DNA from: Leptospiraceae bacterium
GTDB taxonomy: Bacteria; Spirochaetota; Leptospiria; Leptospirales; Leptonemataceae
Reading direction: 5' to 3'
Assembly (NCBI GenBank): GCA_040217195.1
Contig: JAVJNR010000005.1
Location: forward strand, 128,001 to 192,000
DNA length: 64,000 nucleotides
The position numbers were made by a program, and so were the translations under genes. This document shows, in pieces, positions 40,311 to 50,746 of this stretch (position 1 is the first letter of the stretch; each line of letters begins with the position of its first letter). The notes beneath the pieces were generated by a model. That model was not told where the DNA came from and did no database searches. It saw only the letters and a list, made by a program, of their open reading frames with translations.

Positions 40311-41573
40311 ATGAGCGCAACCATAGTTGTAGGAACCCAGTGGGGCGATGAGGGAAAAGCCAAGGTAATCGATTATCTTAGCGAAAATATTGATATCATT
40401 GTCCGTTATCAGGGAGGCGCCAATGCAGGACATACTGTAAAAGTGGGCGATGAAACTTACGTTTTTCATCTAATTCCCAGCGGCATTCTGTATCCAGACA
40501 CAATGTGCGTCATTGGTAACGGTGTTGTACTGGATCCGGTGGCATTCGAAGAGGAAATTGAAGGTCTGAAGAGACGAGGTATCGATGCAATCGGTCGCAT
40601 TCGAGTCTCGGATGCCTGCCACATTGTACTGCCTGTACATCGCACCATCGACTCACTGAGAGAAGCAAGCGCGGGCGGAAATAAAATAGGTACCACCAAA
40701 CGTGGCATAGGCATATGTTATGCAGACAAAACCATGCGAGTGGGCCTTCGCGTAGGTGATCTCTACGGCAAACTGGAAGACCGGTTGAAGCATATCCTGG
40801 AAATGAAAAACCGGGAGCTTACGGAAATCTACGGTGAGCCAGCCATGGAATTTCAACCACTCTACGATAGCTTGAAGGAGTTTAGTGAGCGAATCAAACC
40901 ATGCGTAATGAATACATCTGTGTATCTGAACAATGAACTGAATGCTGGCAAGACTGTCCTTCTGGAAGGAGCCCAGGGAACAGCTCTGGATATTGATTTT
41001 GGCACCTATCCCTATGTAACGTCCTCCAATACAACCACCGGCGGCGCCATAAGTGGAAGCGGAATCTCTTTTCAGCACATTAACGAGGTCTATGGAATCT
41101 GCAAAGCCTATGTCACTCGCGTGGGCGAAGGGCCCTTTCCTACGGAATTGCATGGAGAAGAAGGTGAGCATCTGCGTAAACTGGGAGGGGAAATTGGAGC
41201 TACTACAGGTCGGCCTCGTCGCTGCGGTTGGTTCGACGTTGAATTGCTTCGACATGCAGCCCGGGTAAATGGATTAACCGGACTTGTTTTGACCAAACTG
41301 GATGTACTTTCGGATTACGATACACTTCCTCTAGGCCATGCCTATAAAAGGGATGGCCAGACCCTGGAAGCTTTTCCAGCCTGCGGCCTGGATGAAATTG
41401 AAGTAGAATATGAAAACATGCCGGGTTGGAAAACAGACATTTCCGGAGCCAGAAGCTGGAATGACCTTCCGGGAAATTGCAAGAATTACGTAGAAGCCAT
41501 TGCAAAGTGGACCGGTGTACCCGTAAAATTCATCTCGGTGGGACCTGGCAGAGATCAGACCATCGTATTGTAG
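40311..41573 (+). CDS. purA: Adenylosuccinate synthetase
   Basis: GTQWGDEGKAK, GGANAGHT, EGAQG, TTGRPRRCGW and TKLD. Confidence 0.98.
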   Translation: MSATIVVGTQWGDEGKAKVIDYLSENIDIIVRYQGGANAGHTVKVGDETYVFHLIPSGILYPDTMCVIGNGVVLDPVAFEEEIEGLKRRGIDAIGRIRVSDACHIVLPVHRTIDSLREASAGGNKIGTTKRGIGICYADKTMRVGLRVGDLYGKLEDRLKHILEMKNRELTEIYGEPAMEFQPLYDSLKEFSERIKPCVMNTSVYLNNELNAGKTVLLEGAQGTALDIDFGTYPYVTSSNTTTGGAISGSGISFQHINEVYGICKAYVTRVGEGPFPTELHGEEGEHLRKLGGEIGATTGRPRRCGWFDVELLRHAARVNGLTGLVLTKLDVLSDYDTLPLGHAYKRDGQTLEAFPACGLDEIEVEYENMPGWKTDISGARSWNDLPGNCKNYVEAIAKWTGVPVKFISVGPGRDQTIVL

Positions 41574-41672
41574 ATCGGTACAATTGATTGAAACTGAAAA
41601 GCAGGCAGAGGGATCCTGCCCTGCCTGCTGAATCAATTCAGAATTACTTTCGCCTGGCGAAAGCAGATTTAC

Positions 41673-42047
41673 TTAGCTTCCATAGTAGAAACGTTCATGC
41701 ACAATCTTTCCGTTCTTCCATCGCTGCAATGAGACCTGATGATAGTTACGAGTGCCCCATTCTCTATGGTCATAGTCGTAATGCCATTCAATAGCCACTG
41801 TATCTGCACCAATGGAAAGTGATTTCACTTCCGCCTTTCGAAAGTCCTGGATATTTCGCAGAAATTCTTCTTCTCTGAGTCGATTCGCCTCTTTACCAAC
41901 CGTAGGTTCCATTTCATTTTCCTGCATGATGGCATCCTCGGAGTAAAACTCGTCCAGTGCGGCGATAATTTCGCCTCTGCGTTGCATCTCAATATATGCC
42001 TGAACCTTTTCTGCCAGTTCTTCATTCCTGTTGATAGAGCTTTTCAT
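41673..42047 (-). CDS. SnoaL-like / NTF2-family protein
   Basis: FYSEDA..QEN, GKEA, C-terminal WKNGKIVHERFYY. Confidence 0.85.
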   Translation of the reverse strand: MKSSINRNEELAEKVQAYIEMQRRGEIIAALDEFYSEDAIMQENEMEPTVGKEANRLREEEFLRNIQDFRKAEVKSLSIGADTVAIEWHYDYDHREWGTRNYHQVSLQRWKNGKIVHERFYYGS

Positions 42048-42114
42048 AGCTTCCTCCTTTCATGTTGATTATCTATCCAGTGTCCTTTGCTCACCGAGAG
42101 CATTGCTTCGCGAT

Positions 42115-42597
42115 TCAATGGGCCTCCCGCGACAAACCAATCGCGGATCCAAGCCAGGAATCCATGGAAAAGATCCCGCCGCCAGATCTCATGAGTGCCA
42201 GGGCCATCCCCGTTCCCAGGATGAAGAATTCAATACCCTCCCCCTGTTGATTCCCGAACCAGTTCATGAAGAACCCATGCTGCCAATGAACCATCCAAGC
42301 AGCTGATAGCATGATGATCAGCAATCCGGCAGCCACCGGTCTGGTAAGAAAACCCAGGATCAGAAAAATGGATCCGATGGATTCAATCATGATCACCGCA
42401 AAACCCAGAAGCCAGGAAATACCCATAGACTCCGTAAAATAGTCCATGGTATTTTCGAAACCATAGCCTCCAAACCAACCGGTTAATTTCTGAGCCCCGT
42501 GGGCGAGCATGACCAGCCCCAGAGCCATTCTCAACAGAAGCGCTTCGCTCCTATTCTCTGTAGCGAACAAGGTATTCGCCATTTTTCTTATATTCAT
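42115..42597 (-). CDS. DoxX family membrane protein
   Basis: LRMALGLVMLAHGAQKL.GWFGG.G, GIEF and GGG.FS.D; GGAGGAG Shine-Dalgarno before ATG 42597. Confidence 0.9.
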   Translation of the reverse strand: MNIRKMANTLFATENRSEALLLRMALGLVMLAHGAQKLTGWFGGYGFENTMDYFTESMGISWLLGFAVIMIESIGSIFLILGFLTRPVAAGLLIIMLSAAWMVHWQHGFFMNWFGNQQGEGIEFFILGTGMALALMRSGGGIFSMDSWLGSAIGLSREAH

Positions 42598-42656
42598 TGT
42601 TATCTCCTCCTGAATGAACTTAATGAATTGCGTCCGTTCCACTCTAAACCTGTTTT

Positions 42657-42674
42657 TACTTTAACATTAAAGTA
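42657..42674. promoter_or_regulatory. Palindromic operator (probable MarR site), copy 1
   Basis: TACTTTAA-CA-TTAAAGTA. Confidence 0.8.
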
Positions 42675-42790
42675 TTTGCCGCAGCAACGGATTCGACACG
42701 GAGCCATTCCGTAGCTTCCGTAGCTAACCTCCGAACAAGTTTCCGCATTCTGGTCGCGGCGGCCGAGAATGGCTCCTTTAGTGAATACAT

Positions 42791-42808
42791 TACTTTAACA
42801 TTAAAGTA
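42791..42808. promoter_or_regulatory. Palindromic operator (probable MarR site), copy 2
   Basis: TACTTTAA-CA-TTAAAGTA, identical to copy 1. Confidence 0.8.
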
Positions 42809-42996
42809 TATTCCGAGCTTCAACCCCTGCTCAGTATTTCCGTAATCCGGTACGTTCGCTCCAGCCATCATGTATTCTCCCACATCATAAAGTGTTTACG
42901 AGTCCATAGTATTGAATCTATCTGCGCTTACTTCTATTGTATGGCACTCCTTCCATGTTTCTGTATGATTCCAGCATCGTGAAATAATTCCTGGCG

Positions 42997-43464
42997 CTAA
43001 ATTCTAGGCCTGGTTTTACTCGATTGTAATCCCAGGGTCCTGCACAGCCGACCCAGTTCCAGAACCTCCTCATCGGAGAGATTGGAGAAACCAGACTGCA
43101 ACTCTCCAAGAAAATCAGCGAAGGCTGCGCGAATCTTCTTTTTTCCCGATACAGAAATGTAGAGCACCATGGATCTTGCATCATCCGGATCCTTTTTTCT
43201 ATGGATCCATTTTCTGCGCTCCAGATTGCGGACCACTTGAGTAACATTTCCCTCCGTAAAAAAGAGCTTCTCGCCCACTGCCTTTTGATTCTGGGGACCC
43301 AGATGATACAGACACTCCAGAGCGCCAAATTGGCTGGGAGTAAGTTCATGTCGCCGGGCCACAGAATAAAGCATTGAATGGACCTCTCCGGATGCGCGCA
43401 TCAGCTTGATGTAGGCATCCAGAACATTTCTATCACGAGACTTCCCCTTAAAGTGTGTGGGCAT
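42997..43464 (-). CDS. MarR family transcriptional regulator
   Basis: LTPSQFGALE, NVTQVVRNLE...I.R..DPDDARS winged helix. Confidence 0.92.
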   Translation of the reverse strand: MPTHFKGKSRDRNVLDAYIKLMRASGEVHSMLYSVARRHELTPSQFGALECLYHLGPQNQKAVGEKLFFTEGNVTQVVRNLERRKWIHRKKDPDDARSMVLYISVSGKKKIRAAFADFLGELQSGFSNLSDEEVLELGRLCRTLGLQSSKTRPRI

Positions 43465-43470
43465 AGCAGA

Positions 43471-43488
43471 TACTTTAATGTTAAAGCA
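43471..43488. promoter_or_regulatory. Palindromic operator, copy 3, directly upstream of marR
   Basis: TACTTTAA-TG-TTAAAGCA; reverse complement matches copies 1 and 2 at 17/18. Confidence 0.8.
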
Positions 43489-43638
43489 TAATCAGAAATC
43501 TGCACAGTCTTTTTACACCTTTTTGGGCTGGGCCTGGCCTTTTTTTCATCCTAAAGATTTTCAGGCCCATTCTGGTCTATTCCGGTTTATCAAATTTCAG
43601 TTGCCACTATTCCATTTCGTTCTATAATTCTGACAGAT

Positions 43639-44460
43639 ATGAGTTCTAGAACTGTTCGCATCGCCTGGTTTGCCCTGGCAGCCTTTGGAGCTATCGCAAT
43701 CGTGCGCCTGGCATATAATCTAATCGAGAGAGATCCTCGGCAATCCGCACTACAATCCGTGCAACAGCAGACCATGGGCATTGACTCTCCGGATACATTA
43801 AGCTTTGGAACTCAGGGATTCTATTCCAGGCAAAGCACCATATTTCTGTCTGTACCGAATGATTCTTTTAGGACAATCCAGAATGCATCTGTCATGGCAC
43901 TCGGGGAGAATGATGCCACCGTTCTTCATCAGAAGCAAAGCCAGGTGGATGGTACAACCTACTTTTTGATTCAGGCTAGAGTAGGACAGAAAGAAGCAGA
44001 AGCCCTATTAAGTACCTGGAAATCGCAGTTGGAAGTACTGAGTTTTGAAGAAAGCCGTAAGAACCTTTCTGCAGAATACACATCTTTAAAAGCAAGACTG
44101 GATTCATTACAGGAAAGCAAAACTAGAATTACAATCACTCCGGCACAGTTTAAACTGAGCGCAACCAGGGAGTTGAGCGAAGAACAGGCTGCTCTTCAAA
44201 CCAGGCTTGCAGAGTTCGAAGAGGCCAGAAATGCGAATCCGCAACAGGCGCTGACTGCGGTTTTTCTGGCCAGACCTTCTATCGGAATTTCATCCATTGC
44301 ATCGGCCATACTGGACGCTATATGGTGGAGCATTGCATTGTTTGGTGCTCTTGCAATTCTTAGCCTTTTTGGATTTCTTATACTGAGGCTTTTTCAGGGT
44401 GGCAAAGATCTACTTTCTTTTCTGGGTTCCAGACTGGATCCCAAAAATGATGAGGTTTAA
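43639..44460 (+). CDS. Hypothetical membrane protein, DUF4349-like
   Basis: N- and C-terminal TM with central NLSAEYTSLKARL coiled coil. Confidence 0.55.
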   Translation: MSSRTVRIAWFALAAFGAIAIVRLAYNLIERDPRQSALQSVQQQTMGIDSPDTLSFGTQGFYSRQSTIFLSVPNDSFRTIQNASVMALGENDATVLHQKQSQVDGTTYFLIQARVGQKEAEALLSTWKSQLEVLSFEESRKNLSAEYTSLKARLDSLQESKTRITITPAQFKLSATRELSEEQAALQTRLAEFEEARNANPQQALTAVFLARPSIGISSIASAILDAIWWSIALFGALAILSLFGFLILRLFQGGKDLLSFLGSRLDPKNDEV

Positions 44461-44531
44461 AGCCAGACCAGAGCCGGCAGCATTGCAATTAAGACCATGA
44501 ATTATGGCCAGTTAGTCCAGCCGAATCTATA

Positions 44532-46109
44532 CTAACCGGCCTGTTCCCTTTCCAGGGTGGCGGCAAGGTGCTGCTTCTCCATTTCCAGGGAATCTACCAC
44601 TGACTGGATGGCTCCAACGGCGCCGGTTAGCTCTTCCAGTTCCTGCTGTAGAGTACCCAGTTCATTGTTTGCCTGACCGGTTTGACTGGCCTGGAGTTCC
44701 GTTCTGGATTTCATCTGACCGGCCACTTCCTGAATTTCCAGAGTCGCTTTTTGAATGTCTGTGAAGAAGCCCTGCTGCCTGGAAATCAATTCATGAATTT
44801 CCTGGGTGCGAGTTTGCATATGCTCGGATCGCTCATGGATTCTCTGCATTGTGCTACCCATGCTTCGCACCAGGCCCGCTCCCTGCATGGTCTGATCATG
44901 ACTGCGGCGAATCAAAATCTCAATTTCGCTGGCATGCCGACTGGACATTTCAGCAAGCTTGCCCACTTCCGATGCCACTACAGAAAAACCACGTCCTTCT
45001 TCACCGGCCCGTGCGGCTTCTATGGCAGCATTCAGAGCCAGCAAATTAGTTCTTTCTGCAATTTCATTTATGATGTCCAGAATCTCAAAAATTCGATTGG
45101 AGCTTTCCTGAATGCCTTCCATGCCGGAAAGAGTCTTTTGTAAAGTACCCTCTCCGTCGGTGAGAAGATCCATGATTTGCTGAGATCCGGTAAGATTCAT
45201 TTCGCTGGAACGAATAATGTCTTCCATCCTGGCTCGAAATTTCAACACCAGGTTCGTATTGGACTGACAGAGCTGGTCCTGCCTGGAGGCACCGGCCGCA
45301 GCTTCTTGCATTTCACCACTTACACTCTGAATCAACTCACCGGTCTGCTCCAGGGCATCTTTCTGATGTAGCCTTGTGGCATCCAGGGTCTGCACACTTA
45401 ACTTAAGGTCCTGAATTTGATCACCCAGACTGTGAACTACAGAACGTGCACTTCGTAGCAGCTCAGAAAGCAATTTGAATCGTTTCTGAGAATCCTCCCT
45501 TTCTTCATTCACTTTAAAGATCATTCTGCGAATCATTTTTGTGGCCAGGGCAAGAGCGATGGACAGACCAATCATGAAAGTGGATGCGATGATCAATTCC
45601 ACCGGACTCAAATAATTCAACACAGTGCTGCCCTTCTCAACGCTCCATTGCACTGGAGTAAAGTGGACCACTATAAAGTGAAGTGCAGTATTTACAGCCA
45701 CTGCAAGCATTCCGGTAATGATTACCAGTCTGGGTGCAAATCTGAGCACAGATGCCGCTATCAAAACGTAGTACAATCCATGTCTTGTAGCATTTCGCAC
45801 AGCCCATTCATGTCCATCGTCTACAAAGACATGTCCCAGGTATACGATGAACAGACCCAGCATTTCACCTCCGGTGAATATGTATTTCATGTAGGAACGG
45901 TACCTGTGATGCCGCAATGCAAGAAAGGAGAGTAGAAATACCAGTGTGTAGGTGGCAATACCGGCCAGGTAAAATAGAGTCTGTTGTAGCGGTGCCGTGC
46001 CTGCGAAGTATCCTATGGCCGTTGCTAGAAGGAAAATGATGATCAGTAATAGTCTGAGGCGTCCGGTGAGGCGTTCCCCCTCCATCTCAAAAGCAAGCTG
46101 ACGGTTCAT
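44532..46109 (-). CDS. Methyl-accepting chemotaxis protein
   Basis: [33 protein letters not shown]; multi-TM N-terminus. Confidence 0.93.
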   Translation of the reverse strand: MNRQLAFEMEGERLTGRLRLLLIIIFLLATAIGYFAGTAPLQQTLFYLAGIATYTLVFLLSFLALRHHRYRSYMKYIFTGGEMLGLFIVYLGHVFVDDGHEWAVRNATRHGLYYVLIAASVLRFAPRLVIITGMLAVAVNTALHFIVVHFTPVQWSVEKGSTVLNYLSPVELIIASTFMIGLSIALALATKMIRRMIFKVNEEREDSQKRFKLLSELLRSARSVVHSLGDQIQDLKLSVQTLDATRLHQKDALEQTGELIQSVSGEMQEAAAGASRQDQLCQSNTNLVLKFRARMEDIIRSSEMNLTGSQQIMDLLTDGEGTLQKTLSGMEGIQESSNRIFEILDIINEIAERTNLLALNAAIEAARAGEEGRGFSVVASEVGKLAEMSSRHASEIEILIRRSHDQTMQGAGLVRSMGSTMQRIHERSEHMQTRTQEIHELISRQQGFFTDIQKATLEIQEVAGQMKSRTELQASQTGQANNELGTLQQELEELTGAVGAIQSVVDSLEMEKQHLAATLEREQAG

Positions 46110-46120
46110 GGAGAACAGGT

Positions 46121-47815
46121 TTAGGGTCTACGGCGGGAAAAAGCAAGCTGAACATCTTCCTGGGCATCTTCATCGGAAGAATTTCGATGTTCGCTGCTGG
46201 CTTCCGGTGCTTTGCCGGAATCGCTCTTCGTGGCTTCTTCAGCAGGATGAGTCGAGTTGCCGTTGGATGAGTTCTTTCCATTACTCGAATTCTCTATTGA
46301 TTCACCGGCACTGGTATCCGGATCTTCGGGCATGGGATAATCTGGATATTCAGAGAATCCTGAATGTCCGTAATCGGAGTCATCATCCTCTTCCAGAAAC
46401 TCACCTGTTCCATGAAACAAAGGTAGATTCATTAATGTCTGGCGCAACTCTTCATGGTCCTTTCCACGATGCACTATTCGCATCCAGATAAAGTACAGAG
46501 GTACTCCGGACAGAACAACACCCAGAGCAATCAGACATTCCTCATAGGAGTACAGAAGGCTGGCAACCATGACAAAGATGGAAACTCCAATGAAGAATAA
46601 AGGAATAAATGGATACCAGGGAGTCTTATAATGACCGTTTAGATCTGGACGATCTTTGCGAAGCTTCATCAATCCTGCCACTGCAACTACAGGGAAAATC
46701 GCCAGAGCAAATCCCATATAGGTTTGAATCTGTTCGTAGGTCCCACTGATAATGTAGATTACGGCAAGCAGCCCTTGAAGCAGAAAACTGACAATGGGAG
46801 TACCAAATCTAGGCGAAACTTTTGAGGCTGCCTGAAAGAACAGATTATCTCGAGCCATGGCAAAGTATACCCGCGGCCCAAGCATAATTGTGGCAGATAG
46901 AGTGGAAATAAGGATGAAAAAGAATCCCAGATTGAACAGAGCCGTAACCCTGGCACCAAACAGACTTCCGGCACTCATGGCGGCCACCGCTTCTTTGCCC
47001 GCAAGAGTTTCAGCCGGCACTGCCAGATAGTACACCAGGTTTAGAAGAATGTACAGAGTGGTTGTGAGCAGAGTTCCAACTATCAAAGCCTTTGGTAATG
47101 TCTTCTTTGGATCCTTAACTTCTTCTGCAAGATAGGCAGCACTGTTCCAGCCGCTGTATGCGAAAGTGACGTATAAAAGCCCTACCCCGGTACCGCCCCA
47201 GGCAATGGCCTGGCCAGAGGTTACCTTTTCAGCGATTGGTATTTCTTTTACAAGCAGAGCTACATAAAGCCCGGCACCAACGAAACCAACCACGAGAGCC
47301 AGTTTTACCACAGTGAGAATATTCTGTAGATACCCCCCGGCCCGGACTCCAAACATATGAATTCCGGTGAAGAGTAATACCAAACCGCAGGCCACAATCT
47401 TCTGGTTTACTGCTGACTGCAAAAAAGGTACGAGAGGGGAAGTGGGGTCCAGAAGTGCAACGGTCTTCTCTGCATATACACTGGACAGCAATGCAGCACT
47501 GGCCGCCGGTGCAGAGAAGGCGACAACAAAGGAAACCCATCCAGTAAGAAAGCTGGGTAACAATCCAAAGATATTCTTTAAATAAACGTATTCGCCACCG
47601 GCATGTGGCATGATGGTGGATAGCTCTGCATAGCAAAGAGCACCGGAAAGAGCTAGAAGACCACCCACCAGCCATAGCAAGATCACATAGCCAGGATTGG
47701 CCACAGCTTGCTGAATAATGCCAGTATTACCAAAGATCCCTGATCCAATCATGCTTGCGATTACCACAAGCGTTGCGGTCCAGAAACCCAGCTGTCTTGT
47801 TAGTCCGTTGCTCAT
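46121..47815 (-). CDS. APC family amino acid permease
   Basis: MIGSGIF, YAEL...P.AGGEYVYL and FAYSGWN...AEEVKDP. Confidence 0.93.
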   Translation of the reverse strand: MSNGLTRQLGFWTATLVVIASMIGSGIFGNTGIIQQAVANPGYVILLWLVGGLLALSGALCYAELSTIMPHAGGEYVYLKNIFGLLPSFLTGWVSFVVAFSAPAASAALLSSVYAEKTVALLDPTSPLVPFLQSAVNQKIVACGLVLLFTGIHMFGVRAGGYLQNILTVVKLALVVGFVGAGLYVALLVKEIPIAEKVTSGQAIAWGGTGVGLLYVTFAYSGWNSAAYLAEEVKDPKKTLPKALIVGTLLTTTLYILLNLVYYLAVPAETLAGKEAVAAMSAGSLFGARVTALFNLGFFFILISTLSATIMLGPRVYFAMARDNLFFQAASKVSPRFGTPIVSFLLQGLLAVIYIISGTYEQIQTYMGFALAIFPVVAVAGLMKLRKDRPDLNGHYKTPWYPFIPLFFIGVSIFVMVASLLYSYEECLIALGVVLSGVPLYFIWMRIVHRGKDHEELRQTLMNLPLFHGTGEFLEEDDDSDYGHSGFSEYPDYPMPEDPDTSAGESIENSSNGKNSSNGNSTHPAEEATKSDSGKAPEASSEHRNSSDEDAQEDVQLAFSRRRP

Positions 47816-47978
47816 GGGGCCAGGAGGGGTTAAAATGACTTCATCGCAGAAAGGCTCCCTGAGGGCAAATTCTTATTGACATAACGCTTACCTTTTTTGA
47901 TCAACCGGTGTGTCCTTGCATTTGAAATTTACAGATGCAAAATTCGGGACCATCTGTTGTTTCCGCATCTAACCTCCA

Positions 47979-49181
47979 ATGAAAGCTACACCAATTATTC
48001 TAATTACACTATTCTTCGCTACGGTCTATTGTGGACCTTCCAATCCGGGAGATGGCTCAACAGATTCATCTTCGCAGAAAAACCCGGAGCAGTTGAATTC
48101 TTTTTTACTGGGTTATGACGGATTGTCCGATCCAGAGCTTCAAAAAAAAGCGGATTATCTGGCCGGAAAAAAGGATGCTTATGGTTCTGAAAGCTTCAAA
48201 GATCATTCCTCTTCATTCAATAGAATCTGGAAAAAGGGAGAGGATCTGCGGCTGAATAAAATAAAAACCTGGGGACAGAAAGAATTCGCACCTTTATGCG
48301 AACAAACCGCTACCGTTTTTTATCCTTTTGGGGGTGCAGACATATTGCACTCATCGCTTTTCTTTCCCTGTGGTCAAAATACGATAATGATTGGCCTGGA
48401 GCCACCGGGAACAGTGGCTGACCTGGGGAAGTTATCCGAGCCGGCCCGTCGCCGTTATCTGGGTGCTGTTCGACAGTCACTGTTTAGCATTATTGAATTT
48501 TCATTCTTTCGCACACTTGCCATGCGAGATGACTTTGCCAATGTTCTGGATGGAGTAGCTCCAGTACTTGTGGTTTTTCTGGCCAGACTGGATTATGAAT
48601 TGCTGGCATTTCGTGAAATTCGAGTTGTTTCCGATGGAAAGACAGTAACCAGAACAGCCTATGAATCTCTGAAGAAAGAAAATCCAAATCTGACTGCAGT
48701 TCCCGGTGTGCAGATCTTCTATCGCACAAAGGCAGAAGGGCCGGTTCATAGTGTGGCCTATTTCTCTACTGACATCTCCAATCAGGGATTGCAGGAAACT
48801 CCCTATTTTTTACCGGCCATAAAGGAAGCCCTGGGTACTCCGACTATAAGTTATCTAAAGGCTGCCTCCTATTTAATGCACCGAGATTCTTTTTCAGACA
48901 TCCGGGATTTCATTCTGGATGAAAGTGAATTTCTTCTGGGCGATAGCTCCGGAATTCCAATCAAGTACATGAAAGATGGCCGCTGGGATTTAACGTACTA
49001 CGGCCAGTATGATAGGCCAATAAAGCTATTCTCCGTTCGACACCAGGAAGATTTCAAGGCTGACTTCAGAAAAAAGGAAAACGAGATTCGACCGCTCCCA
49101 ATTGGAATCGGCTACAACTACATCAAAGGCACTTCACATATGGTTCTGGGAACCAAAAAGGAAGCCTCGACCAGAGAATAA
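47979..49181 (+). CDS. Conserved-looking hypothetical lipoprotein
   Basis: Signal peptide ending TVYC; motifs FYPFGGAD, GLEP and LKAASYLMH. Confidence 0.7.
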   Translation: MKATPIILITLFFATVYCGPSNPGDGSTDSSSQKNPEQLNSFLLGYDGLSDPELQKKADYLAGKKDAYGSESFKDHSSSFNRIWKKGEDLRLNKIKTWGQKEFAPLCEQTATVFYPFGGADILHSSLFFPCGQNTIMIGLEPPGTVADLGKLSEPARRRYLGAVRQSLFSIIEFSFFRTLAMRDDFANVLDGVAPVLVVFLARLDYELLAFREIRVVSDGKTVTRTAYESLKKENPNLTAVPGVQIFYRTKAEGPVHSVAYFSTDISNQGLQETPYFLPAIKEALGTPTISYLKAASYLMHRDSFSDIRDFILDESEFLLGDSSGIPIKYMKDGRWDLTYYGQYDRPIKLFSVRHQEDFKADFRKKENEIRPLPIGIGYNYIKGTSHMVLGTKKEASTRE

Positions 49182-49362
49182 TCAAAGGTACCGCCTAAAT
49201 CGTGAGTGCCTAACTTTCCAACCGGCTCGGGTATCGCTTCTGGTCCAAAGCGATACCCACCCTTCCAGGACTTTCATTGAATAGCTTCCAGGCAGGATGT
49301 ACCCTTTGTCCTGTCCGGGTGCTAGATTGACTCACATGGCTAGCACTACGCCCGGGCGAATT

Positions 49363-49974
49363 CTAAATACTTGCAGGAGATTTTTCCGGTGGATGATTCA
49401 CAGGTTGCCCTTTCTTAACTTGATACGGATTCTTACCTGAAATGATCCTGGCTTTCAAACCATTGGCCCAGAGGCGAATGGCATCCGGATCCCTGTAATC
49501 TCCCTCTTTGAGCCCCTTGATTTTCATCCCTATCCTGAAAGGAAGTCTTATCCACATGGGAATGGAATTGTAATTTAAAGTGCCGGCAAAACCCTGAATT
49601 TCCAGAGGTTCATATCCTACCAGATTTTGAATCTTTCCTGCATAAGTCTCAGCCTGATGCCTTCCGCTCTCTCCGCCAGCCAGGCTCAAACAGGAAAAGA
49701 AAAACGCTACCGGCCGATGGGCTAGTTTTACTTCATTTCTGCGAATGTATTCCGTCATCTGAGGGAGCCAGCGATCGTATCGGATGGCACTACCTGCAAT
49801 AACAGCATCAAACCTGGATGGGTCCGGCCAATTGGAGTGCTCCCTTTTCAGTCGATGCACCGTAACATTGGCAACATCCCTATACTGCTGTGCAATGATA
49901 TCAGCAATGCCAGCCGTGGAGCCACCTCCCGTTGCGTACAGTACCAACAATTCGATCTTGTCTTGCCTTTTCAT
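49363..49974 (-). CDS. Flavodoxin-domain protein (HemG-like)
   Basis: LYATGGGSTAGIA, FDAVIAGSAI, FAGTLNY and DYRD..AI..W. Confidence 0.85.
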   Translation of the reverse strand: MKRQDKIELLVLYATGGGSTAGIADIIAQQYRDVANVTVHRLKREHSNWPDPSRFDAVIAGSAIRYDRWLPQMTEYIRRNEVKLAHRPVAFFFSCLSLAGGESGRHQAETYAGKIQNLVGYEPLEIQGFAGTLNYNSIPMWIRLPFRIGMKIKGLKEGDYRDPDAIRLWANGLKARIISGKNPYQVKKGQPVNHPPEKSPASI

Positions 49975-49996
49975 ATGGCCCCCTGTTTCTTGCTTG

Positions 49997-50056
49997 CTTT
50001 ACAGCATGTAAAGTAGCGAAGTACAAAAGGAAGGCATTACTTTACACCATGTCAAG
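49997..50056. promoter_or_regulatory. Two TetR-type operators
   Basis: CTTTACA-GCA-TGTAAAG (49997-50013) and CTTTACA-CCA-TGTCAAG (50040-50056, overlapping the tetR ATG). Confidence 0.75.
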
Positions 50057-50639
50057 CAAAAAAGAACAGAGAAATGAAACCCATCTAAGAATCCTGGAAG
50101 CTACCTGGAAGATCCTGGAAATGCCGGCTGCCCATATTCCCAGCATGTCAGAAGTGGCTCGCGCGGCGGGAATCTCACGTCAGGCTGTTTACCTGCATTT
50201 CACCTCCAGGGCGGAATTGCTCATTTCTACAATCCAGTTCATAGACGAAAGGCAGGGCTTGCCTGAAAGACTGGCTCAAATATATGAATGCGAAAGTGCA
50301 ATCGATATGCTGGATCGATGCGTGGAAATCTGGGGAGCCTACCTGCCGGAAATCAAAGGCATCTCAGCTGCATTGATTCAACTCAGGGATTCGGATCCGG
50401 AAGTGCTGGAAGCCTGGAATGAAACCGTTAGATGCCTCACCGAGGTTTGCAAAGACTGCATTTCCAGGCTGAGCAAAGAGGGACTTCTGGCCCGGGACTG
50501 GACTGCTTCGAGAGCCACAGCGATGTTCGCCGGATTGCTATCCATCCCTGCCTGGGATGAGCTGCGAAGAGCTGGATGGAGTAACCGGGACTATATCTCA
50601 AATCTAAAGCTAACTGCCAGGCGAACCTTCTGCATTTGA
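50049..50639 (+). CDS. TetR/AcrR family transcriptional regulator
   Basis: RILEAT...SMSEVARAAGISRQAVYLHF; ATG 50049. Confidence 0.92.
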   Translation: MSSKKEQRNETHLRILEATWKILEMPAAHIPSMSEVARAAGISRQAVYLHFTSRAELLISTIQFIDERQGLPERLAQIYECESAIDMLDRCVEIWGAYLPEIKGISAALIQLRDSDPEVLEAWNETVRCLTEVCKDCISRLSKEGLLARDWTASRATAMFAGLLSIPAWDELRRAGWSNRDYISNLKLTARRTFCI

Positions 50640-50746
50640 ACTATGATGTTGAAAAAGTCGCACTCTCAGAAGCCCTGGAGGCGATGATAGATCGGGGCCC
50701 TGGCGAATCGAAGAAAACCTCAAGCCAGGAGTTCAGAGTAACGGCT

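Noticed and set aside
42918..43349. Alternative-frame ORF over marR
   Set aside because: No domain features; marR explains the region. The same applies to the many short antisense ORFs in the track
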